Shown: positions 32,362 through 44,494, counted from the stretch's first letter. The stretch is 64,000 nucleotides of DNA from Dudresnaya verticillata (GCA_977862235.1 OZ374561.1:558001-622000); one strand, 5' to 3'. Numbers and translations are program-made. The notes: a model not told the origin generated them from the letters alone.

Positions 32362-34245
32362 TTGGTTTACCAGGGCGCGAGAATATGCTCAGGGGGAAAG
32401 CAACATGCTGGTGAGCTGGTGATCTGAGGCTCTCCCCAGGCGCAGGCAGTGGATTGGTGCCCTCGAAGTCATGCGGTTGGGCCAGCTTCTGCTTCCCACC
32501 GCCGGCACATGTTGAAAATCTCTAACAATTCGGGCGGTTTTTGCAATGCCGTCCAAGCAGCATCTGTCCGCAAAAAGGGCTGGAGCCTTGAGGTGGGATC
32601 AGAGTTTTTGTCAAGTTGCAAGTTTGCCGAGACTTTCAGTGGGCTCGAATGCTTCTCAATCTGTACTTTTTTCACGGCACTGCTTTGACGCCATGAGGAG
32701 CCTCTTCTATCTAAACTGTGGTTAGAGGTGCAGTGAGAAAGTTTTAAGGCACTGCCAGCTCAACTAAAAGGGCCAATAGACATAGAATTCCCCTGCTCCG
32801 TGCTCTAGTCTGACCAGCAATTCAGCTCATCACCCTACTTCAAAATGTAACTGCTGGTCGACATCGCCGGCAGCCTCACAAGAAACCAAAGGAAACATAA
32901 TCAAGCAATGTCGGAACTAACAGAACAGCCTGAACGGCTCGCTTTCGGGAGGAACAACCCTCTTCTCCGGTCCCCATTCTCTGTGGCACTAACAGACTGC
33001 ACTGTTCCGCAACTTTCAATCAGAAATGACCATGCTAACTTATTATATTTCAGTAGTTCAACTAACTTTTGCTTCCGATGGCACTTCCGGTACAGAGAAG
33101 TATTCTGAAGTGAAACATCCAAAGTGACCAAAAGCATTTTTTAAACAATTTCACCCTTAACGAATGATCCCACACAATAGGCATGGGACGAAATGTTAAA
33201 ATAAAGCTCTTCCTCAGCAGATACTTTAAGAAGAAAAACTTGTTCGCTTTTCCGGTCTCATTCTGGGAATGGTTCGAGTTCTGCAGAAAGATGCAGGAAA
33301 AGAGTTGTTATGTCGTCTTTAAGAGCTCCAGACTGCACTACTGAGATTAACTACACGCAAGTGGGACACGACGAAGTCGGGTATTTTTGGAGTTTTGGTT
33401 TCTATCCCTTTCGGATCGGAAAGAATATTCTTTTCATTCAAACTTTATTTATTTATACCCTCAGTACCCCAGATTTATTGTAGCGTTTTGTGTTCACTAT
33501 TGCACCTAGTAGTTGTAGAGCAAATGTAATTAATACATTTTGTCTTCATAACAGACACTTGATATAGCCTATAAGGCATTTTTTGTAGTGTGCTTCAGTA
33601 TTTTAGTGTACTTACTGCTATCATGCTGTATGGGAACGCGAATTCTTCCAGAACAGCTTGAATGATGAGAACTTTCAAGTTTTGCGAGTTGTACCAAAAC
33701 GAATGCCTATTGTATTATGCGGGTGCAGCGCCAAGCATTTTAGTGAGCTAGAAAATATTTTGACATGCAGCATGGGCAGAGCCTTAAACATGTTCAAATG
33801 AAGGTTAAGTAGTTCTCCTAAAGATTACTCACTCGTTGCGTATTTAACTTGTAGAGTAGGCAATACGAGCTGTTATCCCCTCTACCACACCTCGTGTGGT
33901 CGAACTATTACAATTAATTTTCGTTCATTTCTGAAGTAAGAAGAAAAAGAGATAAAACTGAAGTTTTCGCACAAAAAACAAAACAAAAAACCAAGCAGAG
34001 AGTTATCAACGACCCCCATCCTGTGTATTTCATTGGCCCTTGTAATGTGGCCTACCCGCGAGTGATGCTTCGATGTCGACATTGTTTTCCACCCAACCGG
34101 GTTTCCTAAAATATCTTCGTGATCTTCAGTTTCCTCGTGGTGTTATTGTGGTCCGCTCTGCTGCAACCAGCTGCCTGCCTTGCCCGTTCTTGCTTCTTGC
34201 TTCTTGGTTACTTCTTGCGTCGAGCGCGGGGGCCGTGGTTTTCAT

Positions 34246-34290
34246 CGCCCCCGAAGTCGGCGCCCTCGAAGTCGGCGCCCCCGAATTCGG
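34246..34290. repeat. 3 x 15-bp tandem repeat
   Basis: cgcccccgaagtcgg / cgccctcgaagtcgg / cgcccccgaattcgg. Confidence 0.9.
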
Positions 34291-34528
34291 GATCGATATT
34301 GTGCATCCCTAGCTGCGGATCTGGGGGATTGCGCACAGCTACGCGAGCCCGGAAGAAGACATCAAAGAGGTTTAAGCCCCATGTTATGAGCGCTCTAACA
34401 CTTGGTTTTGCTGTGCGTTGTCAACCTTTGCACGTGTCGACCACTAGCCTAAACCGTTGGCTGACGTGTTTGTTTGAGGTCTGCGAGAGCGCAGTCGTTT
34501 GCGTTGAGTCAAACACAAGCTTCTGGTC

Positions 34529-37500
34529 ATGGATGACACAGGCTCTCAAGCGTCATGCTCGGGCATCGATGAACCGCTGGTGAAATTGTCAAGGGACCAG
34601 AAGCATCGCAGGAAGCGCCAGAGAAAAAGCGAGGTGCTAAAGAAGCGAGCAGTCCAACGGCGGAAGAGAGTTCTTGACCGTGTTCGCGAGGAATTGCTTC
34701 CGTTCAAGGGGGACATTCCTTTTTCGTCCGACGATGAGTATGACCCTCGTGTTCACAAACCGGCAGACCGGGGCTTCCTTGACATGAAGGCGCAGGCGAT
34801 GAGACAGCTAAAGGCCAATGTTAAAGTAGAGAAGCGAGAGCTCCTCAGCTTCCTACCGCGACCCTCCGAGGCTCTTCCAGACCTCTCTGATGGAAGCGCT
34901 ATGGAGGCTGGTCTTACTGAGACGAAGCTGACGATACATCAGCGCCGCTTGCTGGCTACTAAATATTCGTTGGACTACCTGAGTCTGCAGGGCAAGAGGC
35001 AGGCTGTTCCGTATTGGCAGCGTCAACGTGGTAGGCTCCTTATGTACGACCGTTTTTTGCGGCCCCCGAAGGACCACTGTTTCCCGGAACTGTATCGAGT
35101 ACCGCGAGCAATGCTTTCTCGTACTTACCGGGGTGTTCTTCTAGTCAACCACCAATTGAAGGAAATGAACAAGAATCGCAAGTCCAATTCCGTTCTCAAG
35201 GACTGGCCTGGCAAGCAGTCGGAGCAGAATGACTCTCTGCCTTTTTCAGACGCGGATTTGGAGTTTTGGGCAACAACTTCCGATTCAGATGTTCAGGCTG
35301 TGGACCCAACTAGTAGGAGGGCTGCGAGTCGAGGACCTCCGAAGCCGCGACAAGCTTCCCGTCAAGATCATGACAAGAAAACTACTAATGCGTTTTTGGT
35401 TGAACAAGCGCTTGCAGAGCTCGAGTCTGAATCGGAACTCTCTGAATCTGAGTCAACTTCCAGTGACATTGAGAACGCGGGTGATGGTACCGTAGGTACT
35501 CTGGGAAAAATAGGAGATGGGAGCCGTGAAGCAGATTTCATTGAACATGAAGAAGAGGGCGAGCCGGACAAGCTGCTTGGTGATCCGGCATCCATGACTG
35601 CAAAGGGGCGAGAAGCTGCTATTGCGATGAATAAGACCCCGATAGTTGAGGGGGGTGACCGGCTAGCTCATGAAGGAAAGGCACTAAGGGGAAACCTCGG
35701 GCGTACAGAAGAAGGGGATATCCTTGTCCGCAAAGGGAAGCTATGTCCAACTGCTAAAGAGAAGGAGAAAGCCGCCAATTTATGTCATGGGGACAATGGG
35801 AGACACCAGAAAGGATCAAGCCGGAACGGCCTAGGTGCACAAGAGAAGGGAAGACGAAAGCAAAAATTGGATGGCCCTAGTAACGAAGGTGGCGGAGACA
35901 ACAGCTGTGAACATGAAGAAGAGGACGTACAGGACGATCTGTTTAGAAATCTTTTGTCAACGATTTCGAAGGACCCGGAATCTGTCTTTAAGATTAAGAA
36001 TGCAGGGGCACGTCAGGAGAATGGTGAAGTAACGGAAGAGCGAAAGGCTGCAGCGACAGTGGAAAACAAAGCATTTACCCGCAAACGAAAGCGATCACAA
36101 TTTGCACAGGAGAAGGAGAAAACTGCTCTATTCTATCAAGGTGGATTACGAAAGCGACAGCGAACTACGAAGGAGAGAGAACCACCCAGGCAGCAAACGG
36201 AAAGACAGAAGCAGCATTCGAATTACAAAAGCAGCAAGACCTCCCTTCAGACAGCGGAAAAGATGATGACCAAGATGGGGTTCACAGGTGCGCTGGGAGC
36301 GAAGGGACAAGGCATTGCGGAACCAATTGCAGTCTCCCGGAACGTTGGTAGGGCTGGAATTGGTGTAGCGCGAACTACTGTCCAGTTCGGAGGGGATCCG
36401 CTGCGCCTAAAACCGAAGCCCCAGGAGGAAACACATACTCCGACTGGTAGCGTCCGGTCTGTTGGAGATGCGCTGCGACGTCCTTCAAAGCCTCGAGAAG
36501 GAGAGCATACTCCGGCAGCTAACTTTGAACGAACGTCCACAGCTTTGAAGGCTGGCCAAGCCTCTGCAGAATGTATCGAAAAGCTTAGTACGAGAGAGTT
36601 TGCCGATTGCAGCAGAGCCACTCCAGATGAAGTTAGTAGGCTCAAGGACAGTGACAAGATTCTTGAATGCACTGGTTCTGAAGCCAATGCCGGTGCCATG
36701 GATAATCCAGGTGATCCAACCAGCTCCGCAGTGGCCTCCGAAGATAAGAAAAGTAACCCGTTGGACGAAGATGACCCCTACGAAACTGGTTACACGGACC
36801 CAAGAATTGACAATAGGCGGAGGGCAGTTCTATTGAACTGCGATGTTTTGATTGAGAACCATACGAAGAGATGGCGAGCAGCTTTCAAGAAGGTCATAGC
36901 GCGTTCCGCTTGCTTAAGGAGCGACTTCGATTTTGACGAATTCATGAGCCACGAAGAGAAGGGCCTTTGTGATAGGGATTACATCATGCGAATCATGGAA
37001 AAGTGCGGGGTTAGTACCTGTACCGAAAGCTTGGACGCGGTTCAAGAGGAGTTAGACGCAGCGTTCAAGGCGGGCGAGAAACCGAAATGTGATATGCAAA
37101 TGTTTGCTAATTTGAAGAGATACAGTAAGGATGTGCATTTCGGGTTGTTTCATGGGGGAAGTCATGGACGGCTTGTCAACGATCTGAGCGTTTCGGGTCT
37201 GGCAGGCAGCTTCTTGACAACATGGACGGTTAGTGTGAGGAAGGGCGACAAGTATCCATACTTACACACATGGCGAGAACTGATGTGTCGGGTAGGGGTG
37301 AGAGCTAGTCAAGCTATGTTAATATTTAGTGCTGAGACGAAGGGAGTCTTCCCTCATGGGACGATTGCTGGTGTTGTACTAGGGTCTCGAACAGTTGAAC
37401 TCCTGTCAGATCGTGATCTAGGGACAATGCCGGCCTTCAAGCCTGGTGAGCATGAGGATGCGTCTAGGCTGGTGATGAACATTTCTGGTTTTGCGAGTCG

Positions 37501-37801
37501 GTTTGAGTCTCTCATTGGGGATTTGCTTACTAAGGAATCACCAGTCCCAAAAAGGAAACGGGTTCTCGCATTATATTCTGGCGACGGCCTATGGTATAGC
37601 GGAGTGGAAGAGTTCAGGAAGGAGGGGGGTGGGACAGAGGGAGATGGTATTGGGAAGTCACTCGTTAGTTTTCACGGGCTCGACAAAAGGGAATGGGTGG
37701 ATATCGAAGGCGTCATGCCGCTTGCAAGGAAGAGTTTCCGAAAACTGCAAGATGCGGGATTCCCTGGAAGTTTAGAGCCTGATGATCTCGCCTTTTTGTA
37801 A
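34529..37801 (+). CDS. G-patch protein with C-terminal HAD-like and Tudor-like regions (1090 aa)
   Basis: G-patch: AEKMMTKMGFTGALGAKGQGIAEPI...GRAGIG. HAD-like start RRAVLLNCDVLIENH. Tudor-like RVLALYSGDGLWYSG. Basic NLS-like clusters. Confidence 0.75.
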   Translation: MDDTGSQASCSGIDEPLVKLSRDQKHRRKRQRKSEVLKKRAVQRRKRVLDRVREELLPFKGDIPFSSDDEYDPRVHKPADRGFLDMKAQAMRQLKANVKVEKRELLSFLPRPSEALPDLSDGSAMEAGLTETKLTIHQRRLLATKYSLDYLSLQGKRQAVPYWQRQRGRLLMYDRFLRPPKDHCFPELYRVPRAMLSRTYRGVLLVNHQLKEMNKNRKSNSVLKDWPGKQSEQNDSLPFSDADLEFWATTSDSDVQAVDPTSRRAASRGPPKPRQASRQDHDKKTTNAFLVEQALAELESESELSESESTSSDIENAGDGTVGTLGKIGDGSREADFIEHEEEGEPDKLLGDPASMTAKGREAAIAMNKTPIVEGGDRLAHEGKALRGNLGRTEEGDILVRKGKLCPTAKEKEKAANLCHGDNGRHQKGSSRNGLGAQEKGRRKQKLDGPSNEGGGDNSCEHEEEDVQDDLFRNLLSTISKDPESVFKIKNAGARQENGEVTEERKAAATVENKAFTRKRKRSQFAQEKEKTALFYQGGLRKRQRTTKEREPPRQQTERQKQHSNYKSSKTSLQTAEKMMTKMGFTGALGAKGQGIAEPIAVSRNVGRAGIGVARTTVQFGGDPLRLKPKPQEETHTPTGSVRSVGDALRRPSKPREGEHTPAANFERTSTALKAGQASAECIEKLSTREFADCSRATPDEVSRLKDSDKILECTGSEANAGAMDNPGDPTSSAVASEDKKSNPLDEDDPYETGYTDPRIDNRRRAVLLNCDVLIENHTKRWRAAFKKVIARSACLRSDFDFDEFMSHEEKGLCDRDYIMRIMEKCGVSTCTESLDAVQEELDAAFKAGEKPKCDMQMFANLKRYSKDVHFGLFHGGSHGRLVNDLSVSGLAGSFLTTWTVSVRKGDKYPYLHTWRELMCRVGVRASQAMLIFSAETKGVFPHGTIAGVVLGSRTVELLSDRDLGTMPAFKPGEHEDASRLVMNISGFASRFESLIGDLLTKESPVPKRKRVLALYSGDGLWYSGVEEFRKEGGGTEGDGIGKSLVSFHGLDKREWVDIEGVMPLARKSFRKLQDAGFPGSLEPDDLAFL

Positions 37802-38646
37802 GGTGTACGGTTGATATGAATGCGCTTGCAGCGCGAAATTCGGACCTCTACATATGTAGCATTGTAAATACACTAACTGGTGAAGACAGAATGTGGCGCT
37901 CTTTTGCCAATGCTTTCGAGCGTTATGATGTAGCAAAATTCCATTTTGTGAAGGTTGTTCGTTCTTAGGCACTCGATGCGATGCAGATGAAAAGTTCGGA
38001 CTACTCCGCAATATGTTGGTGCGAGCAGAACGCATATTCTCGTACCATGTGGGATGCGAAAAAGCTGGTACCTATCTTGAGCTAAGGCTGAAATTCAGGG
38101 AAGACTAAAAGCGTCGGTTGGTTTGTAAGTATTGCGTCGCGTTGGGTGTACTGCATCGTGCCAGATGCTCTAGAATCTGACTGGGCAATAGTCCCCGTAG
38201 CAGGGCACTGTGAGTGTAGAGCAGGCCCTGTGATGCTGTGATGTTGTGCAAGCATATCTCCAGACCTTGGAATACTGCAAAAGAGAGAGTGAGCCTCGCG
38301 GAGTCTCTCTCGTTGTTGTTGCATCTACAGTACCACTTGCTAGAATCCCTGTGCCAATGCACCGCCTGAGAAGGAAGAAGTTTTGGGCCACGTTGATCCG
38401 ATTGTGGAGCGTTGTTCCACACCGACACAGTTGAAGACAACAACCTGTCAAAAAATATGACTTACAGCTTTCATGCCTCAAGAAATACTTACAGTACGGC
38501 CTCGATACTGACACCCGCAATCTTTTTTGTTCGTCGCCTTGCTGCGTTTCCATCCGCGCTTAGCGCTTAGACCGTCAAGCTCAGTCGCCGTAGCATTCTC
38601 ACAACTGCGTTATCGTCAAGTTGGGAACCTTCCGAACGTCTGCGAT

Positions 38647-40914
38647 ATGAAATCGTGGAATCTGAAGGGGCTTCTCCCTTCCTCTCTCAAGTTTAAGGTG
38701 GCTTCGTGCCCCTCAAACGATCTGGCTCGTACTAACTGCATCTTCGTTAACCCCAAAGACTTACAAGCGATTGGTTCTCCTCAGGGTGGTCCTCTTGCTA
38801 CCATTAACTCCAAGTACATATATGCTGTCAATGCTAACGATCAAGTCCAGCCATCTCACTTTGCCTTCAACGGCATTCAGCGCCGCGAGCTGCGTCTGGC
38901 CCTCGGCGATGAAGTCACGGTCTCTCCCTTCTCTTGGCCGAAAGGGACTCCAGTTGTAGCGGTTGCTGCAACGTTCGAGGTCGATTCAGTATCGAAAAAG
39001 GGAGGGCCAGTTGAAATAGAAGCTGATGAACTCATCGAGCAATGCAAGCGGCGTCTCCAGAACCATATTCCGAGCTTAGGTCAGTCGTTTCTACTTGACT
39101 TCTTCGGGACATCCCTTGTTCTCAAAAGCACCTCACTCGTTTCTGAGGGCTCTGTAGAAACAGCTGCGGTGGGTCCTGAGACAGAGTACTACTTTACAAA
39201 ATCGCCTGGTTCAATGGTGAAGGTCAAGGGAGGCGATTCGCGACCTAAAGATGTTTTTCGTTCTGACTTTAATTTCGAAAAGATGGGCATAGGAGGGTTG
39301 GACAAGGAATTCTCTGACATCTTCAGAAGAGCATTTGCGTCGCGGGTCTTTCCTGCATCTGTCATTCAGAAACTGGGTATCCAGCATGTGAAGGGCATGC
39401 TGCTTTACGGACCCCCAGGCACAGGCAAGACTCTGATAGCCCGTCAAATTGGGAAAATGCTCAATGGAAAAGAACCAAAGGTCGTGAACGGACCAGAAAT
39501 CCTGAACAAGTATGTGGGACAGAGCGAAGAGAACGTCCGTAATTTGTTCCAGGACGCGGAAGCAGATTATGAGGCTAATGGCGATAGTTCGGAATTGCAT
39601 ATAATCATCTTTGATGAGATTGACGCTATTTGTAAGCAAAGAGGGACCACCGGGAACTCTTCCGGGGTTGGGGACACAGTAGTTAATCAGCTTCTGTCGA
39701 AGATTGATGGCGTGAACGCTCTTAATAACATATTGGTAATTGGCATGACAAATAGGAAAGATATGATCGACGAGGCGCTGCTGCGCCCGGGTCGTCTGGA
39801 AGTGCACGTTGAGATCTCTCTTCCTGATGAACACGGGCGCCAGCAGATTTTAAAGATTCATACAGCAAAGATGAGAGAGAACCGCATGCTTTCAGGGGAT
39901 GTTGACATACAGGCACTCGCTGCTGAGACGAAGAACTATTCAGGTGCTGAAATTGAAGGTATCTGTAAGTCTGCAGCAGCATTTGCCCTGAACAGGCATG
40001 TTGATTACCGAGACCTGCAAAAGGCTGTGGATGCATCCGGCATGACTGTAACAATGGATGATTTCAGCAGAGCTCTAGTTGAGGTACAGCCAGCATTTGG
40101 AATGGGAAGGGATGACTTCGCGCGATGTCTACTTGGGGGCTTCCTGATTCATGGGGACAGAATGCGACGATCTTTGGAAGCTGGGAAGCTGTTTCGGAAT
40201 GAAGTTGCTACTTCTGATCGATCTCCGTTGCTGTCTGTACTAATTGAGGGCCCACCGGGAACTGGAAAGACTGCCCTGGCGGCGTTGCTAGCTGTAGAAT
40301 CTGGTTTTCCGTTTGTTCGCTTGATCAGCCCGGAGTCTTACGTTGGCTATTCAGAGGCAGGCAAGTGTCAGGCACTCGCGAAAGTGTTCGACGACGCCCA
40401 CAAATCGACTCTTTCCGTCATTGTCTTGGATAACATTGAGAGAATGATTCAGTACACTCCGATCGGTCCTCGGTTCTCAAACGTTATTCTACAAACACTA
40501 ATGGTGTTGAGCAAGCAAGTACCTCCGAAGGGTCGCCGTCTTCTCATACTAGCGACGACGAGCTGTGCTAATGTCATGGAACAACTGGACTACAAGCAGG
40601 CATTTTCAGCTGTTCTTTCTACCCCAACTCTCTCAGGAAATGAAATAGCGTCTGTTCTGGATGGCACTGCAGAATCTATGAACATTAGTCAGCAGGCCGA
40701 TGGAAGCCTTTCAACGCTCCACTCGAGTTCCTTGAGTGCTTCACGCTTCCGGTCTCAAAAGGACCGGGAACTCGCCATTGCTATGCTAGAAGCTGAAAAC
40801 CTTGGGGTGAAGAAATTACTAATGATCCTTAACATGGCACGAACGGAGTCTGCGGACGGACAGTACGTAATTGAGATGGAGAGGTTAACAGCGGTTCTGC
40901 GAGACGTTCTGTAA
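38647..40914 (+). CDS. NSF: Vesicle-fusing ATPase NSF/Sec18 (755 aa)
   Basis: MGIGGLDKEFSDIFRRAFASR. D1 GPPGTGKT/IIFDEID/ALLRPGRLEV and D2 GPPGTGKT/IGPRFSN. First ATG at 38647. Confidence 0.97.
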   Translation: MKSWNLKGLLPSSLKFKVASCPSNDLARTNCIFVNPKDLQAIGSPQGGPLATINSKYIYAVNANDQVQPSHFAFNGIQRRELRLALGDEVTVSPFSWPKGTPVVAVAATFEVDSVSKKGGPVEIEADELIEQCKRRLQNHIPSLGQSFLLDFFGTSLVLKSTSLVSEGSVETAAVGPETEYYFTKSPGSMVKVKGGDSRPKDVFRSDFNFEKMGIGGLDKEFSDIFRRAFASRVFPASVIQKLGIQHVKGMLLYGPPGTGKTLIARQIGKMLNGKEPKVVNGPEILNKYVGQSEENVRNLFQDAEADYEANGDSSELHIIIFDEIDAICKQRGTTGNSSGVGDTVVNQLLSKIDGVNALNNILVIGMTNRKDMIDEALLRPGRLEVHVEISLPDEHGRQQILKIHTAKMRENRMLSGDVDIQALAAETKNYSGAEIEGICKSAAAFALNRHVDYRDLQKAVDASGMTVTMDDFSRALVEVQPAFGMGRDDFARCLLGGFLIHGDRMRRSLEAGKLFRNEVATSDRSPLLSVLIEGPPGTGKTALAALLAVESGFPFVRLISPESYVGYSEAGKCQALAKVFDDAHKSTLSVIVLDNIERMIQYTPIGPRFSNVILQTLMVLSKQVPPKGRRLLILATTSCANVMEQLDYKQAFSAVLSTPTLSGNEIASVLDGTAESMNISQQADGSLSTLHSSSLSASRFRSQKDRELAIAMLEAENLGVKKLLMILNMARTESADGQYVIEMERLTAVLRDVL

Positions 40915-41602
40915 AGTGAAGTGCCGTACGATATGCTTCGTGAAGCCCGTCATCATTTGTCGTTCGGCATTGGAGCATAAAAAGAAATATAACAGGGTGC
41001 ATTCCTCGGAACAGCAGATACTGTGAGTTCCACTGATACACTGCACTTGACGTGCAGAGAAGTACCAGGTGCAGACAATTGCTAGCGATAACGAGTGATG
41101 GCGGAAAACATTCTCACGACATCCAGACGTGAAGGAGTGGTGTTACGGCCGACCCCCACTTGGGCACATCCTCGGAAGCGCAATGGTAATAAGTGGGTGG
41201 CGCAGTCGTATTCATCGATACACCGAAGGGGTCCGTTTTGCGGTCTCAGGGCACGTTACAGTTCAGATGAATGAACACCGTGAACGGATCCCACGATATA
41301 GCCTGAACAGCGTGTTACAGTCCCGGGCAATCCGCATTACCTCGACAACCATGGCACAACAAAGACATCCCGTCAGCTGACTGCCTTTCCGCTGATCAGC
41401 CAGTGATCAGCTCAGAGGACGTTGTATATTCGAAAATTTTAGGCAGGGTAGGTAGGTTTTGCGGAAACCCCCGCCCTTCGCTTCTCCTTCTCCCCCCCGC
41501 GCGAAGTTTGAACTTGTTGACGAATGCAGCTGCTCTCGGTGCCAGCCAGTCAATAGCCGGAGCGGTGGGCAGGCATGGCTCACAGTTCTGTTCAATCTTT
41601 AC

Positions 41603-42616
41603 ATGGCACCTCGGAAGCGAAGAGGCCGCAGCTCTTCCACCCCAGCTCAGCAGTCAGCACCGCAGGGCTCGACCTCAAATTCGGCAGCAACGTCCTCACA
41701 TTCTTCTCCTCTTGCTTTGAAATCTGACCAGGACACCCCTGCATCTGGTAGTACCCCAACGGAAAGGAATCCATCCGACCCCGTACTCCCTTCGAAGAAC
41801 GGCCAAAACAAAGATTCTCAGGCACTTGGCAAGAGGATCCGGTCTAAGACAAACCGCTCTGGTGCCCCATCTGCTACAACTGGTTCACTGGCTTCGAGAG
41901 AGCCTTCTGTTTCAGCTGAAAGGACTGCTGGTGATGGTGATCCACCGATTGGTGGGCGGGAAAAAGACCGGAGTCGAGCCCAGTTTCTTATTGAAACGTA
42001 CCGAGAAGCCACAGCAAATACCGTCCCAGAAGAGCATTTCACGGTGGCTGATATCGCAGTGCATCTCTACAACAATATGATAAACTGGGCAGTTACTGAC
42101 GTTGCGGTGCAATTCAAGCGCAACATCTTCCTCAAGGCGGAGGCAGCGCGACGACGTGCAGTTTTGGAATCTCTGAGGAGCAAAGACAGCTCGCCACCTC
42201 CGGTGCCAAAGGCTGCATCAAAACTATTATACAGCGACAAAAATGTAACTGTTGAATGCTCTAACTGTGGCTCGAACATTTCTGCGTCTCGATATGCGCA
42301 GCATCTTGAGAAATGTCTAGGTCGCGGAGGGCGCATGTCATCACGCGCTGCATCTGCTCGTCTTCGCGCGTCAGCTGAGAGAGCGGAAAAGGAAGCTGCT
42401 GCGGACATGGACGACCATCCTGTACGGAGAAGACGCCACTCGTCTGTAGATGCGTCAGCCGACGGCGGTTTCAACGGGGGAGGGTCGTACTCCAAGCGGC
42501 GGAAGATGTCACCTGTCCCTTCTGGGGGTTCTGCCGCGGGCTCTCAAGTAGGTTCTTTGCAACACGGTCGTGCCGGTCTACCTCCGTCGGGGAGAACGAG
42601 AGCGTCCCCACCGTAG
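41603..42616 (+). CDS. SGF11: SAGA deubiquitination-module subunit Sgf11/ATXN7L3-like
   Basis: Sgf11 zinc finger VECSNCGSNISASRYAQHLEKCLGRGGRMSSR. First ATG at 41603. Confidence 0.85.
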   Translation: MAPRKRRGRSSSTPAQQSAPQGSTSNSAATSSHSSPLALKSDQDTPASGSTPTERNPSDPVLPSKNGQNKDSQALGKRIRSKTNRSGAPSATTGSLASREPSVSAERTAGDGDPPIGGREKDRSRAQFLIETYREATANTVPEEHFTVADIAVHLYNNMINWAVTDVAVQFKRNIFLKAEAARRRAVLESLRSKDSSPPPVPKAASKLLYSDKNVTVECSNCGSNISASRYAQHLEKCLGRGGRMSSRAASARLRASAERAEKEAAADMDDHPVRRRRHSSVDASADGGFNGGGSYSKRRKMSPVPSGGSAAGSQVGSLQHGRAGLPPSGRTRASPP

Positions 42617-42772
42617 GCAGATGTATGTGCAAACAACAAATGTATGTACGAAAAGTTAAAATTGGGTCCTTCCGCGTTTATGCTCTCAGGTATCGTGCGT
42701 GGTCTTCAAGTTTTGATGTTAACTGGTAAAGAAACATAGTGGTAACTGACAACGGAAAGCGTCAGTTCTGAG

Positions 42773-43669
42773 CTACAATTTGAGTTCCTGCAGGTCGGAA
42801 CCTGCGTACGATGTGTCCTGATTGGCAGCATTGTCTTTCAAGTTTGCAGCAGGAGCGCCGCTCGCACCTAGCTCTTTCAATTTTCCCTCCAGTTCGACCC
42901 TCTTCTTCTCTAAGTCCGCGCATTGGACGACCCATTGGGATCGACTCTTCTCTAGCTCTCCATTGGCGTCTGTAAGAACGGCAGCCGTCTGAGACAGCTC
43001 TTTGTTGATCCTCAGTAGGTCCTCTTTTTCCTCCTGGAGCTGGGCACACTTAAGCTTGACAACAACTAAATCGTCCACAATCCTCTCGTAGCCGTTGGTC
43101 GCAGCATCGATAGTCTTACTAGCCTGAACTCGAAAGTTGAGCTGCTTGACTTCATCCCTGAGCGCATTGTTCTCCGCCTCCAGATCATTATTCCTAGTAC
43201 GGGCCGCGCGCAGCTGAACCTCGATATCGGCCACCTTCCGCGCCTCCCCGCTTGACGGTGCGCGTTGTGACGCATTCTGCTCCCGGGCGAGCTGAGTGGC
43301 GAACATATCGCGCTCCTCCGTGACTTTCTTCAGGTTCTGCAGGTGGTTGCGGCGCAGCGAACCCATCTCCAGACGCATGGTAGCTATCTCCGCTTTCAAA
43401 GCTGCAACTGCGTCAGCGTGCTCCTTCGCCGGCACTGGGGCACCGCCATCCTTGGCGGCATCATCGCCCTTCGGGGCCGGCGCCGAGGCCGCCTCGGCGT
43501 TGGGCGGAATGCCTGATCGAGTGCGGCGCGACCGGCGCGACGCCTGCGCCGCTTTGATCTTCTCCAAGTCTGAAAGTTCCTTCGGAGCTTCAGCAGGAGC
43601 TTCCGCCGCCGGTGCGGTCACGTTCCCCTTCGAAGGTACTTCCATTGCGGCGGACATGTCGCCGGTCAT
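42773..43669 (-). CDS. Coiled-coil protein of unknown function (298 aa)
   Basis: Clean ORF with heptad-rich E/K/L segments over the C-terminal two thirds. Confidence 0.75.
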   Translation of the reverse strand: MTGDMSAAMEVPSKGNVTAPAAEAPAEAPKELSDLEKIKAAQASRRSRRTRSGIPPNAEAASAPAPKGDDAAKDGGAPVPAKEHADAVAALKAEIATMRLEMGSLRRNHLQNLKKVTEERDMFATQLAREQNASQRAPSSGEARKVADIEVQLRAARTRNNDLEAENNALRDEVKQLNFRVQASKTIDAATNGYERIVDDLVVVKLKCAQLQEEKEDLLRINKELSQTAAVLTDANGELEKSRSQWVVQCADLEKKRVELEGKLKELGASGAPAANLKDNAANQDTSYAGSDLQELKL

Positions 43670-44494
43670 GCGTAGTCGCCGACGAGATGCGAGTTAGTGG
43701 GTAGATGCTCTAGATGATAGCAGCGAGCCTTCACGACCCAACTGAACGCTGGGTCGGTGGAGCTTGGGAAGAGCAGTTTGACCAGGGTGTGCCCTTGTCA
43801 GGCGCTAGCGAGAGTGGTTCCGTTCAACACGGCACAAAGAGAAAGAAAAGAACTCCACGCTGTGGCCGCGTCCACCGTCCACCGTTGACGACGTTTCAGT
43901 TCGTAGGAATTGATGAAGTGACGAGCAGCCACGTTCCCTCCAATTCACACTGATTTTTCTCACTTGTTTTTGAGCTGTTTGCTCTTAGAACGAAAGTCAT
44001 GCGCTCTGCTATGCCAAAAATAACTAAATTACAAATGCTAAATTACAGTTCCTGACGGTTGCTGACAGTGGATCAACTGGTCCAAATCTACTCGTATCAT
44101 TCTTATTGGTTGTCTGCTTTCTTGAGTGGACATTGCGGAGCATCGGTATTGCCACAGCGATGCTGCACCGACTGCTTGTACCGTACATACGTCAACAGAC
44201 AAGAAGTGTGGTCGTCACTCGCACGTGTGCTTGGGACCAACCCAGACGGCTGCTTGTCTCGTGTAGATCGGCACTCTTTCCTTCCACAGCTTTTGGCTCG
44301 TAACCCCGCCGTCTCGTGCTCAGCTGCCGATGTTTGGGCTTAAGGAGAAGAGAAACAGCAACAGCAGACAACGCCAAGTTGTACTCAAATGCGGTCAAAA
44401 GTCTACATTAGGATATCTTACAGTTAGTTTGGTACACTAGCACGTCCTTATCGGCTGCGGATATCGCCGAAAGTGCTGTACCTGTCTGATCATT

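Noticed and set aside
33200..33230. GGTTCGAG resembling a tRNA T-loop
   Set aside because: No T-stem pairing or cloverleaf around it.
34246..34290. Short repeats as a possible CRISPR array
   Set aside because: Directly tandem with no spacers, in a eukaryotic context with no cas genes.
32700..34400. AT-rich region and short ORFs (34073-34312, 34119-34583) as a possible TE relic or small protein
   Set aside because: No TIR/LTR or coding motif identified. The ORFs are partly driven by the 15-bp repeat.
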